Shown here piece by piece: positions 49,601 to 60,902 of a DNA stretch of 64,000 nucleotides (positions are counted from its first letter, which is position 1; each line of letters begins with the position of its first letter). The notes beneath the pieces were generated by a model. It saw nothing but the letters and a program-made list of their open reading frames with translations, was not told the origin of the DNA and did not search any database. The stretch is from Marsupella aquatica (lineage: Eukaryota; Plantae; Marchantiophyta). The stretch covers positions 12,769,263 through 12,833,262 of the forward strand of contig OZ316895.1 in NCBI GenBank assembly GCA_973895155.1, read 5' to 3'. A program made the position numbers and the translations under genes.

Positions 49601-50604
49601 CTCATCTCGCTTGCGTACCTACCTAGATGATACTTCGTTCGCTCAACAAGAGTCTTTCGGTACCGAGCCAAGACACCGGCCATGTAGGCCTCCTTATCAC
49701 CCGTGACCTCATCGTCCATCTCCGGCTCTGTAATCGTAAGAGACAACTCATGAAAGTTCTTCCCGAGCACCAGCGTGTCGCTGTCCTGCGCGTGAAGAAG
49801 GCCGCCACAATCTGCAACAGCGCCATTGCGGTTGCCAATGCGATTCCCATTGACTGCCGACCCGTTCGCGCTCCTCTCGACTTCATCATCGTCGGAGGAA
49901 CACGACTCCCCACCACTGCTGCTCCCGCAGTTGGGAATCGGAGGTATCACAACCTTCAATTTGTCAAGAGGAATTTCCTCCGGCAGAGTGGCAATCGGCG
50001 CCACTTCTTTCACCTCGATCAACGACTTCTTCAACAACGCCTCATTCTTCTTCTTCCGCTGCTGTTGCTGCTGTTGCTGCGGCACAAGGTGAACAGCAGC
50101 AGAAGAGAGCTGCTCGGCGGTGGTGGACGTCATGCCCACAGACGAATTCTTCTGATTTCGAGCACTCGGAGATTCGCACCTTCGGAATCGTCTCAGGAAT
50201 GATCCTCCTCCTGCTCCTCCTTTGCTCGTCCTATGATTGCTGGTACAAGTACCCACCCGGCTAGAATTGTTGCCACTAGTGACGACGATCGGCGGCAGAT
50301 TATGATGGCGGCTCGCGGACCATGAAGATGGAGAGGGTGCTGGTGCGGCGGAAGGGGAACTGCGGAGAGAGGCGGTGGCGATGGTGGAAAGTGAAGGAGG
50401 AGCAACAACAAGAAGAAACGCAGGATTAGTCGATGACGAGGCTTGTTCAACAACCTGTACCACGGCGGGGCCAGACGACGACCAGCCGAAGAACGCAGAA
50501 GACGCAGAAATCGCCGTAGTCGCAGTCGTAGTTGTGGTCGGTGTCGTTAACCCGGGTGGGGATAGAGTCTGCCAGCCTCCCGACAGCGCAGCATAGATAA
50601 CCAT
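46688..50604 (-). CDS. SDC1: PLP-dependent serine decarboxylase (group II), ~724 aa; exons 50604-49623, 48794-48563, 48045-47852, 47626-47490, 47317-46688
   Basis: GT-AG introns, in-frame join (2175 nt). [70 protein letters not shown] lysine in [17 protein letters not shown]. An alternative in-frame ATG lies at 50133. Confidence 0.95.
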
Positions 50605-50743
50605 GGCGGGGTTACGGTGTCACGGTGACCTTCTTGTCGAGTTCGCGGTGCTGGTGCATCGGTCGTCCTCTGGTTGGCTCTCTCAGCTTCGGTGCAGTTG
50701 GGCGAAGCTGCAGAAAAGAGCTCTGGTTGTGACACACGGACGC

Positions 50744-50750
50744 TATTTAA
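50744..50750 (-). promoter_or_regulatory. Possible TATA-like element of SDC
   Basis: Isolated AT run (TTAAATA on minus) in GC-rich sequence ~140 bp upstream of the first ATG. Confidence 0.3.
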
Positions 50751-51071
50751 GCCCGTTGTCGGAGAGATAGAAGCGAATCGGACGAACGGGATGGGGCCGG
50801 GAAGAGGGCCCGCCACCCCCCCCCCCCGTCCCACGCCATGGTACGGGGGCATCGCGCGCATCTTACAGAAGGACCTTTTTGAAGGACCGACCTTTGTGAG
50901 GGACCGTTTTGTCACTTTTGTGGTCCCGTCGAGTACCCAAGAAATTGATTAGACTACACTCTACTTCTCAAATCTGAAGGACAAGGAAGGTAAAAGCAAA
51001 TTTTTATTTTATTTTTTGTTGTGAAATCAATGGGTTTTGATTTAATTACATTAGTTATTTAACGTAAACCC

Positions 51072-51195
51072 TATGGATGAAAAGAAACGAGCAGCACTAG
51101 AAACATGCAAAGAGGACAATTCCTACAAGGAGTTCCTTCGACTCCTATGAGTTTTGCATGTTTGGGTTTGGTGTCACTTGTTTCCCTTTATCCAT
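51072..51195. repeat. Imperfect foldback (MITE-like hairpin)
   Basis: Nested inverted pairs ATGGAT/ATCCAT, AAACATGCAAA/TTTGCATGTTT, AGGAGT/ACTCCT. Confidence 0.6.
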
Positions 51196-51368
51196 GAGCT
51201 AGGCACCTGTGAACCACTTTTGGTCCATTGAGTCAATCAATTCCACATTAATCTCTTTGATGCCTGCCCCGGTACTTGTCAAGAGAGCATTGTTCAAAAC
51301 AAAAGGAGTCCCCAATTTAAGCCTCAAAGTGCCCAACAACATAGAAGAATTGTTCAATTTGAATTGTG

Positions 51369-54300
51369 TGTTAAGCATTTACTCTCAGGTCTAGTGTTAC
51401 AATTGTAACCATAGTTAGGGTTGACCTTAGTCGTGGATGTAGTTTTAGCTTAGGTAAACTGCATATCTCTCTGTATCGGCTACTTTTGAATTGTGTTGGA
51501 TGATCATGGGCTTGTCATTCTGAATGTCGTCTTTGTTTAACAATTGGTATCAGAGCATGTTTGGGAGGTGACGGTTGTTTTAAGCATTAAATGTTGGTTG
51601 GTTTTTCGCAAATTTATCACATGTAACTTGGAGGTTATGAACTCAGTGGATAGATTGTGCGAGGGCTTTCTAACGGTGCTTAGAAATCACTGATCGCTAT
51701 TCGTGGTGCGAAGTGCTCAAATTTCCTCTTGTTTTCAATTTTTTGGTTAATTAAGTTTTGTGTCGGATGGTTTTTTGAAGGAGGGATCAAAGTACATTTT
51801 TATGGTATGAGCTCTACGGCAAAGGAGCCATCGCATGCTACAGCTCCAATCCATGTGTTTACCCCCCGGTTTACCCAGATGAGGTGGTCATTTTAGTACC
51901 TACAGTAGTTTGCTGACATTTGCGTAATGAGTGCAACGCGACTAGCAAAAGAAGACTTCTGGTTTTTGAACAGGCTATGGGATCCTATTGCTTGTACACT
52001 AGTTGAAAGTAGAGATGTGTAGTTGATTCATCTCAATTGTAAGAGGAGGATTTAGTTGCTAATGATGATGGAAATGCATTGATTTTAGAGGAAAGAGAGT
52101 CTTTTTCATTTCATGAGGCAAGTGTTTCAAAGGAAAAGCATGAGTAGACCGTAGCAATGTAACCAAAGATGCAATTCTGCACTAAAGAACAACAAAACTT
52201 GGGATCTTATCAAGGTGTATAAGGGCCAACAAAAATGAATTTACAAGCTGAAGAATCAATCCACAAGAGGTGGATTAACAGCCTACAAGGCTAGGTTGGT
52301 AGCTAAGAGATTCATATAGTAAAAAGTTGTAGATTGCAAAGAGGTCTTCTCACCAGTTGCTAAATACTATACAATATGATTCTTGTGTGTACTAATTTAT
52401 TGTTATGTTTGGTCTACTACTAGAAATTACAAGAAAAATTGATTAGCAGATTGTTGAAACCCTTGTATAGGTTGAAGCAGTCATCAAGATAGTGGAATAA
52501 GCGGTTTGACGATAGGATTTATGCACTAGACTTTTCCAAATGTGTGTTTCATCCTTATGTATGTCTAAAACTGATGAAAATATTATTTTTGGGTTCATAT
52601 TTTGAGTGTTTTCTGTGGATGACATGTTTATTGTGGCCAATCATAGATCTGAGATTATTAAGCTCAAAGCACTGATTATTGTATAGTTTAAGACAAAGGA
52701 CTTCTATAGGGCTAGCTAAGAGAATTTTGGGTATAAAGATCACTAAGGACTTGTAGGCTGGTAAGCTATGGTTGACATAGGACAATTACACAAGGAAGGT
52801 AAATAATTGCCAAGTTCAGGGGGAAGTAAACCACTAAGTACCCCTTTGACTCCACACTTCAAGTTGTAATCAACTTTATGTCCAACCAATGCGATTGAGA
52901 AGGGGTTGAATGATGTCAAAGGTTTCTTATGATAATGCAATGGGGAGTTCCATGTATTTGCTAACTTGCACTAGATTTGATCTTGCCATGGCTATAGGCA
53001 AGGTGAGTAGGTATATGTTTAATCCAAGGAAGATACATTGAAAAGAAGTGAAGTGGATTATCAAGAACTTGAAGCGTACCATGGATTATGGTCTTTTAAT
53101 TGTTTGATGCAAAATTAATGTAGATAATGCTAGATCATTGACGGGTTATGTTAATTCTAACTATGCATAAGATTTGGAATGGAGGAGATCAACAACAGGG
53201 TTTTTGTTTACCCTTAATGATGGGATGCATCAGTTGGAGTTCTACTTTGTAAAACTGCATAGCGCAATCTACTACAGAAGCAGAGTATGTTGCAGCAGTG
53301 AAAATAGCAAAGGAAACAATCTGATTACGGACCCCCATTAGGGGTCTCTTGCAAATTCTTTGTCATGAGGTTGCGCCACATCACCACAACCAGCCTATTT
53401 TTAACAATAACAAACGTGCACATTCCTGTTTGTGGCAAAAGCAACGTAATTTTTGGGACGCCATGCCGTAAATATTAAACGTCAAAAAACCAAAATACAA
53501 AGAAAGAGATGTCATTTAGTAAAACAAAGTTACCATTTTGATGTTTGTCAAAGATATATCAGTGTTTTATATCAAAATGCTTGTATTTTTTAATTGTTTG
53601 TAAGTTTGAAAAAACCAATCGATAGAAATGTACATAGTTAAAACCTCTTTGGCTTTACATAACTAAATATTAATAAATCTCCTTAGTACTTGATAAACTC
53701 AGTCAATGTTTGATTCATTGGAAAACTCAAGATCAAGATTTAGAAACTCGTGACCTCTTTAGTAATGTCTTGATAAAATCTCTCAACGTCACACTCATTA
53801 CAAAGCTATAGTAAAAGTAAAAACTCATCATCTCCTTAGTACTTGACAAATCTATCAATGTTAGGTTCATTGGAAAGCTAGAGAAATTTAGATACTCACG
53901 ATCTCTCTATATATTGACAAATAATCTCAATGTCACACATTAGAAAGCTAAAGAAATTGAAAATCTCCTGATCTCTTTAATACCGTGACAAAATCTGACA
54001 TGAAATTTGTCAATGTCGGACTCAATGTTGGAAAGCTAAAAGAATTCATGAACTCATGATCAAAATTTCTTATACTCACACTCATTGGAAAGGCAAAGAA
54101 ATTCAAAAACTCATATGGAACTTGATAAATTTTGTCAATCTGAGGCTCATTGGAAACCCATTCTCAATTAAGAGGTATCACAATCTCTTCACCATCACAA
54201 ACTTAGCCGCTACAAATTGATTTCTTTGATTACGTCGTCATTGCTTGTCCACAATGCGTGCTTTCCGACTTGAATTGTTTGCATCTCTTAGATAGTCTTC

Positions 54301-55585
54301 AACTAAAGCTTACTCTGAACACAAGTTGGCGCCAAATGTAGCCTCTATGTCAAAGAAACAATTGTTGGTCTTCCCCTCACACCATAGCTTTCTTAAATAA
54401 AAATAACTACAAATCTTTTGTGTGAAATGATGGCTCGTTCGTTTTGTGTGTTCTTCCCACCAAATCGACAAGCGCTCTTTCGCCAACAGTTGAGTGTTGT
54501 GCTCCAGTCTGTCTTGTGGCGGTAATGCTCAATGTAACTCACAAACAATCAATCAAGAATGGTTGAAACATGATTTCTCCAATGTGTAAGCAAAACCTGT
54601 CAAAAAACTCAATTCCTCCACATTCAACCTTCCGTTTGATAAATCTATATCTTTTGAGCATTTCTTTTGTGCGAGCCACACCAACACCATCGGGAGACTC
54701 AAAACTGTCAGTTACCGTTTTGCTGAAAATTGATTTCACTTAATCACACACACATTCCTTGGATGAACATGGGGGTCCACGGATTAATTGGATAGACTAA
54801 TCACTGATATGGAATTATCACTAAAGAACATGAAGCCCACTATGATGGTTAGAGTGCGCTTCACCTTGCTGTTAACTTGGTGATGAGCATCATAGTAAAG
54901 CACATAATTGACATAATGTCTGATAATTTGTTTGAACTAGTTAAGATTGACGATAGACTCAACCTAACTAACATTGTTATGAAAGCGATTTCTTTGGAAA
55001 GTTTTCTAGAAACCATGACGTGTTGCAGGTTTTGCAAGTAGCGTTTAATTTTCTTAACATTTACGTAATTACTAATATAAGTTCTTGCTCATTCTTATGA
55101 ATTAGGCTATGAATTTATTAGGTGTGGTTTGCTCTAGTTAGAGAAGAAAATAGCTTTGGTTTGCATCCAAAACTTCATGTTGAATAATCATATAGGTTAG
55201 CAACATTACCTCCCTTTGACCAAAGTCAAGGGGAAGATTGTTAGGCATTTACTCTTAGGTCTAGGGTTACGATTGTAACCGTAGTTAGGATTGACCTTAG
55301 TTGCAAACTAGGTTAGGTTAACTAGGGTGCACACAATATCCCAAACAATGTTTGTTTGGATAGGAGGAACTCAGGCTCATTGTTACAGGGCCAGTTAAGA
55401 GATAGATCAATTGATCTTGTATTGCAAAGACTTGGTATGGCCGACAGGCCTAGAGTGCAATAAAGCTTTTGTGTATTCCCGTGGACGTAACTTCAGTTAA
55501 GGTGAACTACATATCTCTCTATGTCAACTACTTGTGTGTTGGATGATCATGGGCTTGCCATTGTTGACGTCATCTTTGCTCAACA
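51369..55585 (+). mobile_element. Degenerate, internally deleted Ty1/copia element related to element 1
   Basis: 5' LTR 51369-51542; PBS TGGTATCAGAGC at 51545; PPT GTCAAGGGGAAGAT at 55225-55238; 3' LTR 55239-55585; TSD TTGTG (51364-51368, 55586-55590). Decayed RT/RNase H sequence aligns by eye with element 1; gag, PR and IN are missing. Confidence 0.92.
53327..54787. mobile_element. ~1.5-kb non-autonomous element, copy 2, nested in the RNase H region of copia element 2
   Basis: Removing it and one TT restores ...ACAATC TGA TTG GAT AGA CTA ATC ACT, matching WLDRLIT in element 1. Confidence 0.88.
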
Positions 55586-55699
55586 TTGTGCACATGGAAT
55601 AGAAATACCCAAGCCAAAGGTAGAAGACAACAGCAAAACATATCTTGTTATTACAACAATCCTTAAAAGCTCAAAGTTCTCTACAACCTGTGATGCATT

Positions 55700-55920
55700 T
55701 ACTCTTTTGTCTAGAGTTACTATTGGAATCATAGTTCTAAGACTAACCATAGTTGGAGACCTGGTTAAGTTAGTCGTGCTACGTACTATGCACACAAGGA
55801 GTGTTAAATAGCTTGTGGAAGCTCATTGTCTTAGAGCAACTTGAGAGATAGGGAAAGTTTGTTCTATATATGGAGACTTGCCATGACTGATGGACTTAGA
55901 GTGCATTAGAGTGCATTAAA
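55700..55920 (+). repeat. Diverged LTR fragment of the same copia family
   Basis: GCTCATTGT..TAGAGCAACTTGAGAGATAGGGA...GGAGACTTG...GGACTTAGAGTGCA resembles the LTRs of both elements. Confidence 0.55.
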
Positions 55921-57602
55921 ACAAGTTTCCTCACAATGGCCTTTTTGAAACAATGAAGCAACAATATGAATATAAGACCACTACAATCATACACCTAAGT
56001 TCTCATTTCCCAACTTCACCTAATTTAACCTATGATAAACACATCATACCCTATCTTAAACAACAAAATAAAAGAAGATTACCTAGGGAAAGAAATTTTC
56101 AATCTAAGAAAGTGAATTCTCTAACTTGTGATCTTGAGGTCTTCAAAGTGTTTGTTAATCTAAGAAAAGTAGAGCTTCCTAGGATTTTGATCCCTTCCAA
56201 GTATATTTTAATTTAAAGTTCTCCTAAGCTTGTTAGCCTTTCCCTTAGGACTCTTGGGGCAGGTTTCTCATATAAACTGTTACACCAATTTTCTTTAGCA
56301 TGCCAAATAGACTTTGTAGTCTTTTGGTAGCAGGTTTGCTCTCTCTGTGAGTACACAAGCGGGTACACAAGTCCCAATTTGTAAATGTTGCATGAATAGT
56401 TCCTTTAATGTGGAAGATGTTGACTTCACCACTCCCCCAAATAGAACGTCATCCAAGACCCTAAACCCTAATGCTAGTATTGTGATTTTGTATGTAGTAT
56501 TGTACTGTTTAAAGAGCATTGTGATATAATGGCCCCCAAAAATGAGAGCTTCAGCTCAGAGTTTGGATGGACTAGTATTGCCAATAATGCTCAGAAACAG
56601 GAACTTCATACGCTTGAAAGCCTGAGAGATTGTCATTTTTTATAGATTTTAGTAAAACTACAGGAGAACCTTTCTAAATAGGCGATCCAGATCTTGAAGG
56701 GCTTTCTTCTCCAAGAATGCACTGAGTCTTCTGCTCATTGTTTGTGTAACTCCTGAAATAGGAGTCTGTCTTATCATAATCGCAATACCATTATTGATTG
56801 CTTTGATTAGTATATGTGAGAAGTCCTAATTCTCTATTTGTAAGACAACCACACAAAAGGAGGAGTCAGCTTAGCTTTTGTAACTATCAGTTCACCAAAT
56901 TTGGTTTACCATAGCACCTAGTGTGATTGTCACCCTGCATGGAAAGCAATTTTGATCTATTCATGTAGTGCTAATGTTTTGCTGACTGTTTTTGCGCCTA
57001 TTGAGTAAAGAGTTTGTCTCATCACATCGCATGCTCATTGACATGTTTCAATTTGACTTGTAGTGATATGTAGGAGACCTAATTTCTTTTTGGCTGTTGC
57101 ATACTATTTGTTGAGATTGTGTGTGATAAAGTACAAGAGTAGAACCATATCAGAGTCATGCAAGAAAATATATTTCACATAATGACCAGGAACTACGAAT
57201 AAGTTCTAAGAGTTTTGCACATCTTATTTACAAATTGCTATTAGCACCTAAAGTTGGGGACTAGGCTTCTAGAGCAAAGCCTCTAGACCGCGAATCTAGG
57301 GTCACACCAGAATTTATATGCATGGAAACAAGTATGTGCATGGAAAATAGTACGATATACTATGTATGTTAAAATGATGACATGCATGATTATTATTTTT
57401 CATTAATATTAAAAAATGTGTAGTGAGGCTAGGAAGGTACAATTCTTCACTTGCCCTAGAAAATAATGACAAATAAATCAAAACCATAGACTGAGAAACC
57501 ATGATGAAAACTTGAAACACGTGGTTGCCACATAGTTTAATATAATTTCTTTCTCTCTCTCATTATAGATTCTTTCTCAGATAAAATTTACTTAAAATTT
57601 GC

Positions 57603-60150
57603 TAAAGGGATTGGATGCACAATATTCAAATTTAAAAGTAATGGGAAAGAAGAGCTCAGATTACAAATATTAAGGGGGGCCCAACATTAAATCTAAAGAA
57701 TACAATGATGATGCACCTTATCAAGGCATTTTGAGATAAAAATACATGAAATTTTGCAATAAGACAAAATACTAAAAGGTGTATCAGCCATGATAGCAGC
57801 ATCAAATTTTTCTCATGATTTAGGAGATTGTCTTATCATGTGGCTATATCAACTTTTCATGCAAGACACTACACTATGGATCTTTTTTATTCTGAATTCG
57901 TGAGACAGCCACGTGAAAGGAGGAGTCAGTAGCTGAGATTTTGGCAGGGTCAATTTATCACTATTGGTCTACCGTAGTGGCGAATGTTGTTTGTGATGTA
58001 AGGGTGATCTCATCATGTAGGTCTACTCTATTTTGCTGTTTATTTTTGTAGTCTCTCGAGATATTCGTGCATGACAATAGCACCTAGCACTTCCCAATCA
58101 TTCCTACATATAGATTATTCTAACAACAGGAGTAGTGATGTTCGTCATACGGAGGCTACTACCAGATGAGGGGGAAAATCTATGGAAGAGCTGATGAACT
58201 TTTTGTAGACCATATGGTTTTATGGAGGCAAAAGAAAACTTTGGAAAGAGAGTTGATGTACTTCATGATTTTTCTCGTTGTATTTGCAGTGCTTTATGGC
58301 TAAGATCACCGTCATGGAGGACAAGATGTAGTGGAGGAACAGACATGTTATGTAAAAAAAGTTCTTAGAGGCTCCAAAACTTTCAGCCCACATGGACTTA
58401 AGACCAAGTTACAACCAAAACATCGGCAGGGTGTAAACTGAAAACCAATACTAAAATGTTTTAGTGTATGGCATGTTTTTTTTACAACTTGAGAGCTATA
58501 TCTCAATAGCACAAGGAACCCAGAGAATGTAACTCAAAGAAAACACAAGGAACACCAATCAACCTAAAGTACTGTTGGCTTATAGAGTACACTTTTGCTG
58601 TTCATTTTTAATCTCATCCTTCAAAGATCCTATGGCTCCCCTCGCAACTGTTGCCCACCTTCCTCCAGCATTTCCTTTGTTAGCCATAGCTTGTTTGTGT
58701 GCATCAATCTTTTGGAATTAATCCAGGAGTTAACATTTCTTGTTAACTTTCAATGGTTTCCAAGCTTCTCTTTAAGTGCCCTGTTGGAGAGTTCTAACAG
58801 TTTGGAAAAACAACACCCTTCATCCAACAGCCAGGGCTGATTCAGGCCTCAATGTCATTTTGCAAAGAGGGGGAGCTTATATCAACATTGTCTGGAAAGT
58901 ACTCAAACACACATAAAACAGGTTGTAGGATACAATGCTGTCGGGGGCAAATCAGCAGAATACTACTTGTTTTTCCTTTCCCACAATAGCTCCAATCAAG
59001 GCTGTTGTGAGTGTTTTGGCCAGTTTTCCTTATATGGCCTGTGACACATATAATTGAATCAATTTGAGAAATCTTTTGGGACTGCAACAATTCATTCCAA
59101 TCTTAGAACACAAATTCTTTCTTACAGTGTACAGAAGCTTTTGGAGCACCAGATTTTTGGTGTGCATAAACACCATCCAGGCTTTAGAATGTTTTTTGGC
59201 CAAACCTTACGGGATGATGCAAGGAATAAGTGGGAGAGGAATAAGTACTTCCTTGCCCCAAGAGTCAAAGAGTAAGAAGTACTACCTTGCCCCTCTCCTC
59301 CTTGTTAAATAGTTGTCCCTTCAGTTTGCCTTGATCCTTGTTCTACTTTTTTTCCAATTTTTTTGCGCCCACCCTTCCCTGTTTTGTTTCCCAACTTTTT
59401 TGGCACTGCTAATGCTAAAATTTATAAGACAACCACAGTAAATGATCTGAGAGTTCTTAATTATAGTCTTTCCTCAATTGAAAATGTCGCAAAAGGTTGG
59501 GTTGTTTTTGTAATGAGACCAAGCAGGATAGAGCAACGGGCCAGTCATGGCTATCTGAGATATGCCAGGGAGAGACATGTTTGACACATCTAATCCACAC
59601 TATTAGATCTTTTGAAATTTAGGGAGTTTAAGTGGTTCTGGCCAAAACAGTCTGAAAAGATTAACAATGGTAAAAAATTTGGTATAAATGGACTCTCTTC
59701 GTTTAGGGTACACTATTCAGCATCTTACAATTTATTAATTTATTTTCTCCAGACTTGACACATAATTATTAGGTCAAGCATTTTAACCGCTAGTGTATGT
59801 GATGGGTGAATATGGACAATTTGTACCTCTAAGTTCTTGTACACATTCTTTGGAATAGTTCCTTTGTCTCATCCATGATAGAAGTTTGTTGAAATTTTCT
59901 AAAGGGATGCACAATATTTAAATCTAACATTAGTGGGAAAGAAGAGCTCTAGTATAGAATATATGAATCTAGTATAGCAAATATGAATAACACTAAGAAG
60001 GACGCCAAAATAAATTTAAAGTCCAAATAATACGAAGTAGGATGCACCTTGTTTAAGACACATTGAAATAAAAAAAAACACACAACATAAAGCTTCAATA
60101 AGACAAAATACTGGAAGGTGTATTCACCATAGCCATATAGCAATTGTATT
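57603..60150. repeat. Diverged ~200-bp direct repeat pair (57603-57800 and 59900-60150)
   Basis: Shared GGATGCACAATATT.AAAT...TGGGAAAGAAGAGCTC...GATGCACCTT...CAATAAGACAAAATACT..AAGGTGTAT. Confidence 0.6.
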
Positions 60151-60736
60151 AGCATCATAATTTCTCGGATATTTAGGAGTTCAGAGTAGGTGGACGATAA
60201 CACGAGTAAAGAATTTCGTACCCCTACTTTGAAGCATAGAATCAAGCGCTGAATCTTTTGGGCCCAAAGGTCAAAGAAGAGGCATCAAGTGGCCCTGTCA
60301 CACCCGGAAGAGCCCTGCGGGCAGGGCCCACATTAATTTTAGCAGCGTGGGCTCTTTCTGCCGCACGTGTTTTTGCGTCAAGAGATTCTTATTTTACATG
60401 CACGAATCTAAGCCGCCCATCGACCCTCAATGTGAATATTTTTCCGTTTTCCAACGAAAGGAGACGAAATAATAATAAAATCAATTGTCCTGTGCTCCTG
60501 CAGGAAGAAATTGAAGGCCGGATAGGAAGAAATTGAAGGCCGGATAGAGCTTCACATAGAACATTCACTCATGTGGCAAGACAATGGGAGAAATAGAGAA
60601 TCATAGACCACTCACTCATTTGACAAGACAATGGAATAATCATATCTGGACATTCTCAAGAAAAGGTTGCCATTATCAGACTTATTGGAACCCCATGGAC
60701 TTGACTCTTTATTGTTCATTAAATTAATTCATGGAC

Positions 60737-60902
60737 CCATTCAGTCTAGTTATCACAAACTGTTTTCAAAATCAGGCATTTTCAGTACATGTTATCAAAT
60801 TTTCAAGTTACGAGAATCACCATTCAGTCTAGTTATCACAAACTGTTTTCAAAATCAGGCATTTTCAGTACATGTTATCAAATTTTCAAGTTACGAGAAT
60901 CA
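60737..60902. repeat. Perfect 83-bp tandem duplication
   Basis: CCATTCAGTCTAGTTATCAC...CAAGTTACGAGAATCA occurs twice. Confidence 0.92.

Noticed and set aside
49264-49622. C-terminal ~120 aa of the 446-aa ORF 49264-50604
   Set aside because: Read-through into SDC intron 1; conserved sequence resumes in exon 2 at 48794.
58100-59600. Decayed coding-like sequence between the ~200-bp direct repeats as an LTR element
   Set aside because: No TG...CA ends, PBS, PPT or identifiable protein motif.
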